This document shows positions 19,929 to 28,628 of a stretch of 34,998 nt of DNA, piece after piece. The DNA is from an uncultured bacterium (GTDB taxonomy: Bacteria > CSSED10-310 > CAZUFC01): assembly GCA_964619725.1 (NCBI GenBank), contig CAZUFC010000093.1, positions 1-34,998 on the forward strand. Reading direction: 5' to 3'. The translations under genes and the position numbers were made by a program. How positions within the stretch are numbered: the stretch's first letter is position 1; each line of letters opens with the position of its first letter. Below the pieces are notes generated by a model. It ran no database searches. It was not told the origin of the DNA and saw only the letters and a list, made by a program, of their open reading frames with translations.

Positions 19929-20152
19929 ATATCGACAAAAAAAAATTCAACAGCGAGCTCCGGCAAGCTGAAGATATTCTCTTTATTGCTTTTTGTCCAT
20001 AAATCCAAAACGCCTTCCCACGAACTCGAATGCCGATTAAAACCTGGCCGCCGGACAGGCGCTGATTGACTTTCCCCTCTCTTGTGTTATTGTTGAGCTG
20101 TCGACGGAGCTTGCTCTGTCGCCTTTCAAACCGCTTCACTGTGTGAAAAAGG

Positions 20153-21088
20153 ATGCTTAAATCAAACACAGAACACGACGATCCCCTGAAAACCGCCTTC
20201 TGGATCGTGACTGAACGGTGCAATCTGAATTGCGATTACTGCTTCTACCAGATGGAACCAGGCAGAAAAGATAATGCGGAGCCCTCACTGGATGACATCC
20301 GTTCAGGATTGAAAAACATGCGCTCAGCCGGTATTGATTCGCTGATTTTTACCGGCGGTGAACCCTCTTTGAGAAATGATCTGGAAATCATTCTGAAAGA
20401 ATCCGCAAGCAAAGGCTTCTCTCTCTTGCTGCTCTCCAACGGAACGCTTATCGACGATTCACGCGCCCGGTCCCTGAGACAAAGCGGATTAAAAAGCATC
20501 ACCCTCAGTTGGAACCGCGCCGCAGAAATAAACGATTCGACGTCTTTCGAAACTCAAAAAAAAATTATCAGGCGCAAAATCGAAATTTTAAAAAATGCAG
20601 AATTCGATTTTATAAGCGTCATCATAGTCATAAGCCGAAAAAACGCCCGTTTCATTGACAAAATATGGGCTTCTCTGGCTGACGCAGGCATCGGAGTCTT
20701 ATTCCAACCCGTTTACGTCAAAACAGGCTATAAATTCGAAAATAACTATTCGCTCAGGTTTCTTTCACCCTCAGAACTTTCTTCTCTCTGGCATCAATTG
20801 ACCCCCTGGGCTGATGCCTTCAATACCCATAACTACCTGAATCTTCTGGAATCCTTTTACTCACGCGCCGACAAAAAACCCTCCCGATGCGACATGGGTG
20901 TATCCGCAATGGTCTTAGGGGCAGCCGGAAACATCTCTCCATGCTTCCATCGTAATGACCTGCAAGCCGGAAACATCAAGCTGGTTTCTCCTCATACATG
21001 GAAAAAAAAGATCAAATCCCTCAGCCGGCACACATCCAAAGCGCAATGCTTTGGGGAACATTGCCTCTCGCTTTTCATGCATATTTAA
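20153..21088 (+). CDS. Radical SAM protein with a twitch/SPASM-like C-terminal domain
   Basis: CNLNCDYC (CxxxCxxC), FTGGEP, SNGTL; C-terminal C..G........GNISPC and a final CFGEHC. Confidence 0.9.
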   Translation: MLKSNTEHDDPLKTAFWIVTERCNLNCDYCFYQMEPGRKDNAEPSLDDIRSGLKNMRSAGIDSLIFTGGEPSLRNDLEIILKESASKGFSLLLLSNGTLIDDSRARSLRQSGLKSITLSWNRAAEINDSTSFETQKKIIRRKIEILKNAEFDFISVIIVISRKNARFIDKIWASLADAGIGVLFQPVYVKTGYKFENNYSLRFLSPSELSSLWHQLTPWADAFNTHNYLNLLESFYSRADKKPSRCDMGVSAMVLGAAGNISPCFHRNDLQAGNIKLVSPHTWKKKIKSLSRHTSKAQCFGEHCLSLFMHI

Positions 21089-21202
21089 TATGGTCAATGC
21101 AGCGACAGATCGGCAGCAATCATCATAAACTGGTTCTCTCTGGCCTCTTCCACATCGGCTTTTGAATTAATGCCATTGCCTCGCACGAAATGTCGGAGAC
21201 TA

Positions 21203-21232
21203 TTGACAAAAACAAATATTTCTTTTATTAAT
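21203..21232 (+). promoter_or_regulatory. Putative sigma70 promoter for the hrcA operon
   Basis: TTGACA-17 nt-TATTAA(T), about 70 nt upstream of hrcA. Confidence 0.55.
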
Positions 21233-21302
21233 GGGTTGCGGGGCGTGTAGCTGCTTTCCCGCTATAAGTTTATAATCCTTGTGAATTCGAATTGGGCTTA
21301 TC

Positions 21303-22388
21303 ATGACTGATGTAAATAATATAAATGTCGCCGTCAACGGTGAAGCATATAGCGATTCTAAACTTTCCGAGCGCGAACAGAAGGTACTGGAAGCCGTCGT
21401 TATGAATCATGTGCAATCGGGCAAACCTATCGGTTCCCGGACCATGGCGAAACTTTTCGATTTTAAATTAAGCCCGGCCACATTAAGAAACGTAATGGCT
21501 GATCTGGAAGAAAAAGGATATCTGAAACATCCCCATAAGTCTGCGGGGAGAATTCCCACGGAAGTGGGATACCGGTATTACATAAACCATCTTGAGCAGG
21601 GCTCTATGATCGGTCAAGACGAGAAACGGCTAATCAAGGATTTTTTCGGAGAGGCAGAAAATATTGAGGTAAAGAGTCTCCTGACGAAAATACCGGAAAT
21701 ACTGTCTATGCTGACTAACTATATGGGGATTGTGTTTCTGCCGGCCCATGAGACGTTCGTCCTGCTCCACATCGAATGCATAAGATTAAATGCCCGCAAG
21801 GCGCTTCTGGTTATGGTTCCGGACACAGGCATCGTTCAAAACCGCGTTATAGCTCTGGATGAATCGATCACCCAGGATGAATTGAACAAAATATCGCGTT
21901 TTCTCAACGATCATTTCGCGGGTATGGCTTTTTCTGAGATCAGAAGAAGAATTTTAAGCATGATGAAGCAGGAAAAATCGATGTATGATTCATTGATCAA
22001 ACAGGCGTTGCAAGTCAGCAAGGATGCTTTCAAGGAAGAAAAGAAAGGCGAATTATACGTCGGAGGAGCCTCTAACATAGTCAACCAACCCGAATTTGCA
22101 GACTTTAATAAATTAAGAGACATCTTCAAAGCTTTCGAAGAAAAAAGCAAAATCGTTAAAATACTGAATGAATGTTTAATTGACCGGGAAATGAATATTT
22201 CCATCGGTTCGGAAAACACCGTACCGGATTTGCATGAAATCAGTTTCGTCACTTCAACTTATAAAAAGGAATCTCAGGTAATGGGGGCATTAGGGGTTGT
22301 CGGACCGGTCAGGATGCCTTATCCTAAGATCATGAGTCTGGTTAAATACACGGCGAAGACGCTGAGCCGTTTTTTATCCGCTGACTAG
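21303..22388 (+). CDS. hrcA: Heat-inducible transcription repressor HrcA
   Basis: PIGSRT, LSPATLRNVMADLEEKGYL.HPHKSAGRIPT..GYRYY, GVVGP.RMPY; located upstream of grpE-dnaK. Confidence 0.97.
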   Translation: MTDVNNINVAVNGEAYSDSKLSEREQKVLEAVVMNHVQSGKPIGSRTMAKLFDFKLSPATLRNVMADLEEKGYLKHPHKSAGRIPTEVGYRYYINHLEQGSMIGQDEKRLIKDFFGEAENIEVKSLLTKIPEILSMLTNYMGIVFLPAHETFVLLHIECIRLNARKALLVMVPDTGIVQNRVIALDESITQDELNKISRFLNDHFAGMAFSEIRRRILSMMKQEKSMYDSLIKQALQVSKDAFKEEKKGELYVGGASNIVNQPEFADFNKLRDIFKAFEEKSKIVKILNECLIDREMNISIGSENTVPDLHEISFVTSTYKKESQVMGALGVVGPVRMPYPKIMSLVKYTAKTLSRFLSAD

Positions 22389-22463
22389 AAGATCGTTAAA
22401 ATGTGTATTTTGTTTATATTGAGTAAATTGAGTAGAATCTGTTTTTTGATGTGAGCGCTTATA

Positions 22464-23531
22464 ATGAACCGGGAAGAAAATAAAAAAGACGCTGATTTCG
22501 AAGAAGAATTCAATGATCAGATTGAAGAGGAAGAATACGAAGAGGACATTCTTGCAGATAACGTGATCGAATTTTCTGAAGAGGATGCGGCAGATGCCGA
22601 TCAGTGGATAAAAGATTCTATCGAATCGCTTTCACATCCGCAGAAACCCGGTAAGACTCCGAAGAAGGTTCCGACTGAACAAGATGCGAAAACAGGCGAA
22701 GAAGCGGAAGATAAAGGAAAAGTCAAGCCGGAAAAGCGGAAAAAGAAAAAAAGCGCTGAAACCGAAAAGAGCGAAGCGATGCTGGAGGCGATGAAGAGGA
22801 ATTTTGAGGAAAGGCAAAGAGAAGCGCGGAGCGCTGTAAGCCGTTTGAAAAATGAAAGGGACGAAAGGGATAAAGAAATCAGCGAGTTGAAGAGTGAGCT
22901 GAAAGAGGCGGAAAAGTACCGTGATATTTTAGCCCGCGTACAGGCTGATTTTCATAATTATAAACTCCGAAACGAGCGCATGACGAACGATCTGGCCATG
23001 CAGAAAATCAGCGGATTCTTGAAAAGGCTCCTGCCGGTGATCGATCATGTTCACATGGCGCGTCGCGCTTTTGAAACGGATTCCTCGAAAGAGCAGCTAA
23101 AAGAAGGCATCGAAATGGTTTTCGATCAATTCTCCAGGGTTTTGAAAATGGAAGGAGTGAACGAAATCGAGGCGGAGGGCGCTAAATTCGATCCTTCTTT
23201 TCATGAGGCTTTTTTAACGGTTGATACGACGGAGCATGAGCCGGAAACGATTGTGGAAGAATTTCGTAAGGGTTACATATTTAATGACAAGCTGTTAAGG
23301 CCGGCGCTGGTTTCCGTTGCCGAAAACAAAGAAAAGGCAAAAACTGCGTATTCGGCTGAGAAAAATAAAAAAACGGTAAACAAAAGCGTAGACAAAGGCG
23401 GCGATTTACAGGAAGATAAAGGCAGTGAATCGATTAACGCAGAAAAGGGAAACAAAACCAATCAAGCTCTCGGAACTGAACAGAATGCTGAGGAACGAGT
23501 GGATTCAGACACCGAGGGGGAAAATCATTAG
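22464..23531 (+). CDS. grpE: Nucleotide exchange factor GrpE with long charged N- and C-terminal extensions
   Basis: R.QADF.NYK.R, LLPVID, FDP..HEA, KGY....LLRPALVSV. Confidence 0.95.
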   Translation: MNREENKKDADFEEEFNDQIEEEEYEEDILADNVIEFSEEDAADADQWIKDSIESLSHPQKPGKTPKKVPTEQDAKTGEEAEDKGKVKPEKRKKKKSAETEKSEAMLEAMKRNFEERQREARSAVSRLKNERDERDKEISELKSELKEAEKYRDILARVQADFHNYKLRNERMTNDLAMQKISGFLKRLLPVIDHVHMARRAFETDSSKEQLKEGIEMVFDQFSRVLKMEGVNEIEAEGAKFDPSFHEAFLTVDTTEHEPETIVEEFRKGYIFNDKLLRPALVSVAENKEKAKTAYSAEKNKKTVNKSVDKGGDLQEDKGSESINAEKGNKTNQALGTEQNAEERVDSDTEGENH

Positions 23532-23560
23532 AGTTCAATAATTTCAGGAGGGATGACTGA

Positions 23561-25498
23561 ATGGGGAAAGTCATTGGTATAGATTTGGGAACGACTAATT
23601 CATGTGTTGCGGTAATGGAAGGTTCCGAAGCCATTGTAATACCCGACACTGAAGGTAATCGGACGACGCCTTCAATTGTGGCGTTTTCCGAAGAGGGAGA
23701 GAGACTTGTCGGGCATATTGCCAAAAGACAGGCCATTACGAATCCGGAAAACACGGTTCTTTCCGCTAAACGTTTGATAGGCCGTCGTTTTGATTCCGAC
23801 GAGGTTCAGAGGTTTATTGAAATTACGTCATTTCACATCGTGGAAGCGCCGAACGGTTCTGTGCGCGTAAGAATAAGAGGCACGGAATACAGCATACCCG
23901 AGATATCGGCCATGGTTCTGCAGAAGATGCGTCAGATAGCGGAAAATTATCTTGACGAACGAATTTCGGAAGCGGTGATAACCGTACCGGCCTATTTTGA
24001 CGACAGCCAGCGCAAGGCCACCAAGGATGCTGGAAAAATAGCAGGGCTGGAAGTTTTACGGGTCCTTCCCGAACCGACGGCCGCTTCTCTGGCTTACGGC
24101 AAGGACAAGGAAAAAAGCCAGAAAATAGCGGTGTACGATTTGGGCGGCGGAACCTTTGATATTTCTATTCTTGAAATAGGCGACGGCGTGATCGAAGCGC
24201 GCTCAGTCAACGGTAATTCCTTCCTGGGCGGAGACGATTTCGACCAGGAGATCATCGACTGGTTGACCGAAACCTTCCAGCAACAGGAAGGGATAGACCT
24301 GAAAAGCGACAGGATGGCGCTGCAGCGCCTTAAGGAGGCTGCGGAAAAATCAAAATGCGAATTGTCTTACATGCCGGAAACGGAAATTTCACTGCCCTAC
24401 ATCACAGCAGACGATACCGGCCCCAAACACCTTAAAACCACTCTGACGCGTTCAAAATTGGAAGAATTGACCAACGACATTGTTGAACAAACCTTTGAAC
24501 CGACTCGCCAGGTTCTTGAAGATGCTGATTTAACCGTTAATGACATTGATGAAATTCTTATGGTGGGCGGACAAACACGCATGCCTAAAATAAAAGATTC
24601 CATTTCAAATATGTTCCAGAAAGAACCCGTGCAGGACATCAATCCTGACGAGGTGGTCGCTCTCGGCGCTGCCGTTCAGGGCGGTATCCTGAAAGGCGAA
24701 GTGAAAGACATCCTGCTTATCGACGTTACGCCCTTATCGCTCGGCGTCGAAACTCTCGGGGGCATATTCTCCCGCATCATTCCCCGTAATTCCGCCATTC
24801 CCACCAAAAAAAGCGAAATCTATTCCACTGCAGAAGATAATCAAAGAACCGTCTCTATTCACGTACTCCAAGGCGAAAGAGAACTTACAGCTCACAATAA
24901 ATCCCTCGGACGTTTCGATCTCGTCGGCATTCCGGCAGCTCCGCGAGGCGTGCCGCAAATTGAAGTCACTTTCGCTCTGGACGCCAACGGCATCCTCACC
25001 GTTTCCGCTAAAGAACTCACCACAAAAAAAGAGGTCGGTATTCAGATTACAGGCACCAGCGGACTCACCGATCTCGAAATCGAGGAAATGATTAAAGATG
25101 CCGAATCTCACAGAAAAGAAGATCAAAAACGAAAAAGCGTCCTCAAAGCCAGAAATGATGCCCAACTCCTTATTTACGCTACTCAAAAAACTCTTGCAAA
25201 TGTCGCAGATCACCTCTCACCGGAAGAAAGAGAAGATGTCGATCGCTTGATCGAAAAAACGCAGGATGCCATCGAATATCGAGATTCAGATAAAATCGTC
25301 TCAGCAGCTCGCGCACTCAGAGAAGCCAGTACCAAAATATCCATGAAACTCTTCGAAAAAGGCATTCGCGTTACAGCTCCCTCTACCGATAATATCCCCG
25401 CTTCCATGGGCGCTGCTGATGAAACGGAAAGAGAATTTGAGGAAGACAACGAAGAAACGCCCGTGATTATTGACGATCTGGAAGAAGAGGAAGAATAA
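23561..25498 (+). CDS. dnaK: Chaperone DnaK (Hsp70)
   Basis: [53 protein letters not shown]. Confidence 0.98.
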   Translation: MGKVIGIDLGTTNSCVAVMEGSEAIVIPDTEGNRTTPSIVAFSEEGERLVGHIAKRQAITNPENTVLSAKRLIGRRFDSDEVQRFIEITSFHIVEAPNGSVRVRIRGTEYSIPEISAMVLQKMRQIAENYLDERISEAVITVPAYFDDSQRKATKDAGKIAGLEVLRVLPEPTAASLAYGKDKEKSQKIAVYDLGGGTFDISILEIGDGVIEARSVNGNSFLGGDDFDQEIIDWLTETFQQQEGIDLKSDRMALQRLKEAAEKSKCELSYMPETEISLPYITADDTGPKHLKTTLTRSKLEELTNDIVEQTFEPTRQVLEDADLTVNDIDEILMVGGQTRMPKIKDSISNMFQKEPVQDINPDEVVALGAAVQGGILKGEVKDILLIDVTPLSLGVETLGGIFSRIIPRNSAIPTKKSEIYSTAEDNQRTVSIHVLQGERELTAHNKSLGRFDLVGIPAAPRGVPQIEVTFALDANGILTVSAKELTTKKEVGIQITGTSGLTDLEIEEMIKDAESHRKEDQKRKSVLKARNDAQLLIYATQKTLANVADHLSPEEREDVDRLIEKTQDAIEYRDSDKIVSAARALREASTKISMKLFEKGIRVTAPSTDNIPASMGAADETEREFEEDNEETPVIIDDLEEEEE

Positions 25499-25678
25499 AA
25501 ATATTTCATATTATCTGTTTCAGTCGAATCGTTGACGTCCGCTTTCGCTTGATTGATTCGGCTGACTCTCTGCGGATAGAATCTTTATATTGAGCAATCG
25601 AATTCCCCGATTTCACGGGTTGAATTCGCTTAAGCGAATCCAGGTTCGGATTTTCTATGTCTTGAGGGAACTCCGGTT

Positions 25679-26575
25679 ATGCAAAGCCGCAATGAACACA
25701 ATCCCGATCCAAACGACATCTGGTTCGATATTACCGTGGTCGCACCCTGGCGCAGGGCCGCTTTGATTGAGGAAACAGCCTGTCTTTTTCCTATTATGGG
25801 GGCTTACTGCCATTCACCGGCAGTATACGGACCAGCTGATAACGCTGAAATACATATTTGCCTTGGTATGGAATTTCATAACCTCATCAATGAAATAAAA
25901 AATAAACTGAGTCAAACGATCGGCGACGACGATATCCTTTCTTTTTCCGCAATCAAACGAAAAATTGAAAAACGCTATGACAAATGGAAAAAATACTTCC
26001 TTCCTCTCAAAATCGGAAAAAAATGGATTATTTCGCCTCCCTGGGCATCAGAAAATGCCGACAAAAATCGAACGCTCATACTCATACAACCGGGAGAAGG
26101 CTTCGGCACCGGCGCTCATCCTACCACGCGCTTTATCCTCGAATGGATCGAAACCCTCCAAAATCCGCCGCCCGCCTTTCTCGATGTGGGCGCCGGTTCA
26201 GGTATCCTGTCCATTGCCCTGTTAAAAGCAGGATGCCAGACAGGCGTGGCGATCGAACAGGATAAAGCCGCAGTCCTCAACGCTCTCGAAAATCTGAAAC
26301 TCAATAACCTACATTCTAAATTGCATTTGTTCCACTGCGCCCTCCAAACCTGGAAATCTCACCGTACCTTCCCCCTTATTGTCGCTAACCTGGACTGCTC
26401 TACGTTTAAAAAATATTATGACTTCATCGATCAACGCCTGGACCCCGGCGGCTCAATGGTCCTCTCAGGGATACTCAAAATACAACTTCAGGAACTCATG
26501 AAAACCTGGAAAAATAAACGCAAAATCACTCATCTGACTAAAAACGACGAATGGGTCGCACTGGTCCTTAAATAA
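25679..26575 (+). CDS. prmA: Ribosomal protein L11 methyltransferase
   Basis: WKKYF.P, I.PPW, PG.GFGTG.HPTT, LDVGAGSGILSI, LSGIL; expected synteny with dnaK and rsmE. Confidence 0.9.
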   Translation: MQSRNEHNPDPNDIWFDITVVAPWRRAALIEETACLFPIMGAYCHSPAVYGPADNAEIHICLGMEFHNLINEIKNKLSQTIGDDDILSFSAIKRKIEKRYDKWKKYFLPLKIGKKWIISPPWASENADKNRTLILIQPGEGFGTGAHPTTRFILEWIETLQNPPPAFLDVGAGSGILSIALLKAGCQTGVAIEQDKAAVLNALENLKLNNLHSKLHLFHCALQTWKSHRTFPLIVANLDCSTFKKYYDFIDQRLDPGGSMVLSGILKIQLQELMKTWKNKRKITHLTKNDEWVALVLK

Positions 26576-26587
26576 ATAAGCATCGCC

Positions 26588-27343
26588 ATGCCTGCAGAAA
26601 GATTCTATGCGCCGCCTCATTGCTTTGAAAAATCAAAAATCCTCCTGCCCCCCGATGAATCCTACCACGCCTGCAAAGTCCTTCGGCTAAAAAAGAAAAA
26701 TTTGATCAGAATCTTCGACGGAACCGGCGCCGAATACAAAGTTGAACTGGAAAAACCCGATCCCGAAAAAGCCGTAGGCAGAATCATTGAAAAATATTTC
26801 CCGGATGTTGAAAGTCCGATTAAAATTATACTTTGCACCGCCGCAGTCAAATTAAACTCCTTTGAACGAATTCTTAAAAATTCAGCGGAAGCCGGAGCAT
26901 CTGCTATTCTGCCGCTCATTACCGAACGAACTGACCCGTATCTCCAGAGCGGCTTTGAAAAACGTTACGCTCGCTTCTCCAAAATTATCCTCAACGCCGT
27001 TAAACAATCTGGAAGAACTCTTGTACCGAAATTGCTGCCCTTCGCTGATCTACACCGCTGCCTCACTCAATACCAAAATATTTCAGGAAAATTCATCCTT
27101 ACAGAACCGCGCAATCAATCAGAAATTCATCTGCCGGATTCCCAGGACTTTTCAGAATTAGCGCTCCTCATCGGCCCCGAAGGAGGCTGGACTCAACGCG
27201 AAATCACTTCTGCGCGCCAGAGCGGCTTCGCTCCCTTTTCCCTCGGACCACGAATACTGAGAACCGAAAACGCCGCCATGATCGCCGTCGCTCTTTTCCA
27301 GTTGCTCCCCTCCATGAGACGCGGATCTGTCTCCACTGCCTGA
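26588..27343 (+). CDS. rsmE: 16S rRNA m3U1498 methyltransferase RsmE
   Basis: H..KVLRL, KQSGR, LIGPEGGW, SLGPRILRTENAA. Confidence 0.95.
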   Translation: MPAERFYAPPHCFEKSKILLPPDESYHACKVLRLKKKNLIRIFDGTGAEYKVELEKPDPEKAVGRIIEKYFPDVESPIKIILCTAAVKLNSFERILKNSAEAGASAILPLITERTDPYLQSGFEKRYARFSKIILNAVKQSGRTLVPKLLPFADLHRCLTQYQNISGKFILTEPRNQSEIHLPDSQDFSELALLIGPEGGWTQREITSARQSGFAPFSLGPRILRTENAAMIAVALFQLLPSMRRGSVSTA

Positions 27344-27370
27344 CGCAGCATAAGGTAAAATTCGCCTTTT

Positions 27371-27388
27371 ATGGGCAACCCATTTTTT
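27371..27388 (+). terminator. Possible terminator of the heat-shock operon
   Basis: ATGGG-CAA-CCCAT followed by a T run; the stem is short. Confidence 0.4.
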
Positions 27389-27404
27389 ATTCGACTGACT
27401 CGAT

Positions 27405-27667
27405 AAAAAAAAAGGAGACCTCTGCAGTTTTAAACTGAATCTGAGGACGTCATTCCCCTTCGGTGAGGTTCGAAGAAAATGAGCCGGGAGCGAAGCTTCC
27501 GTGGCTATGAAGAAACATTCGTGTTCGGCCGCCTAGGGGATAGCGGCAAAAGGGGAATGCCAGGGGCTAAAGAAAGGAGAATATTTTTCTTTCATTTCAC
27601 CACTTTGCATTCTCGCTCCCGGACAAATCTCGTTCTCTCAATTAACGATTAACACCGTCGGTGTGCC
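27405..27667 (-). ncRNA. Candidate ~260-nt structured RNA of unknown family (or a small-ORF mRNA)
   Basis: Upstream promoter, long imperfect rod 27484-27622, 10-bp pseudoknot pairing 27550-27559 with 27451-27460, and a 3' hairpin followed by T9. Several stem mismatches resolve as G-U pairs only on the minus strand. Confidence 0.6.
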
Positions 27668-27671
27668 TATT

Positions 27672-27701
27672 ATTATTAACTTATCACCAACAGAAAGTCA
27701 A
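27672..27701 (-). promoter_or_regulatory. Putative sigma70 promoter pointing into the candidate RNA
   Basis: TTGACT-17/18 nt-TAATAAT on the minus strand, with no long ORF downstream in that orientation. Confidence 0.55.
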
Positions 27702-27875
27702 GAGAAAAATGAAAACATCATTATTTTTTGTAATAATATGTAACGTGTAAAATAATTTAATTTTTTAAAAAAAATTTTATAAATTGGTCGGAGTTTACGC
27801 CTCGCCCGGTAGACTATCAGCAACTCAGACTCCACCGGCCCCCGGAGGTAAATTCTGTTTAAACCAAGGAATCCC

Positions 27876-27904
27876 TTGACATTATTGATTTTTAAGTTTA
27901 CTTT
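27876..27904 (+). promoter_or_regulatory. Putative sigma70 promoter for the ECF sigma gene
   Basis: TTGACA-17 nt-TACTTT. Confidence 0.55.
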
Positions 27905-27965
27905 GCTTAGGAGTGAAAGTTGAAGTTAACCGGACCTCATCATCAGACATACATGAAGGAGAAGC

Positions 27966-28565
27966 TTGGATTTGCTTAGTATAGAACGGGAAAAGCAAAT
28001 AGTGGATAAGATCAGGAGCGAAAAAGACGGTAAAGCTTTTGAGGAGCTGGTCGAAGCGTATGAGGGCCCGATATTCAATTTTGTATTAAAGATGTGCGGG
28101 AATCGTGAGGATGCATTTGAGATAGTGCAGGAGGCGTTTTTAAGCGCATACAAGTCATTTCATCAATTCAGGGGAGATGCGCGGGTAAAAACCTGGTTAT
28201 TCCGTATAGCGGCGAATGCTTGCCGGTTGAAGAGAAGGAAGCGCAAGTATGAGCCGAATCATTTCCTGAAACTGGAGCAGCAGAAGAAGGACGAGGCGAA
28301 CGAATTCCGTGTTCTCCAGGTGCCTCATCCCGACAAGGACCCTTCTGAGGAGTTATTGAACAGCGAATTGAGGGAATTGATATCGCGAGCGATCAACGAA
28401 TTGGAGGCTGAGTATAAATCGGTATTTGTATTACGCGACATAGAGAAGCTTTCGACGGCGGAGACGGCAGATGTATTGGAGATATCGGTACCGGCGGTGA
28501 AATCGCGTTTGCACCGTGCGCGTCGTTATTTACGGGATCGTATCGTAAAATTTTATCAGGATTGA
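27966..28565 (+). CDS. ECF-type RNA polymerase sigma factor
   Basis: Region 2 (EDAFEIVQEAFL...F.G....KTWLFRIA.N) and region 4 (LSTAETADVL.IS..AVKSRLHRAR). TTG start with SD AAGGAG. Confidence 0.95.
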   Translation: MDLLSIEREKQIVDKIRSEKDGKAFEELVEAYEGPIFNFVLKMCGNREDAFEIVQEAFLSAYKSFHQFRGDARVKTWLFRIAANACRLKRRKRKYEPNHFLKLEQQKKDEANEFRVLQVPHPDKDPSEELLNSELRELISRAINELEAEYKSVFVLRDIEKLSTAETADVLEISVPAVKSRLHRARRYLRDRIVKFYQD

Positions 28566-28628
28566 CAAGGGACTTCACCGGTATGCTTGCATACATGCTT
28601 TGAGGATGTCGCTAACAGAGAAGAAAAG

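Noticed and set aside
19483-19971. Track ORF extension to 19656 and the 118-aa plus-strand ORF with an internal repeat
   Set aside because: Both are explained by the two riboswitch aptamers.
21090-21129. 12-codon ORF after the radical SAM gene as a possible RiPP precursor
   Set aside because: No SD, no leader/core pattern and no modifiable motif.
28562-28587. TTGACA...TATGCT as an internal promoter for the oxidoreductase
   Set aside because: The spacer is only 14 nt.
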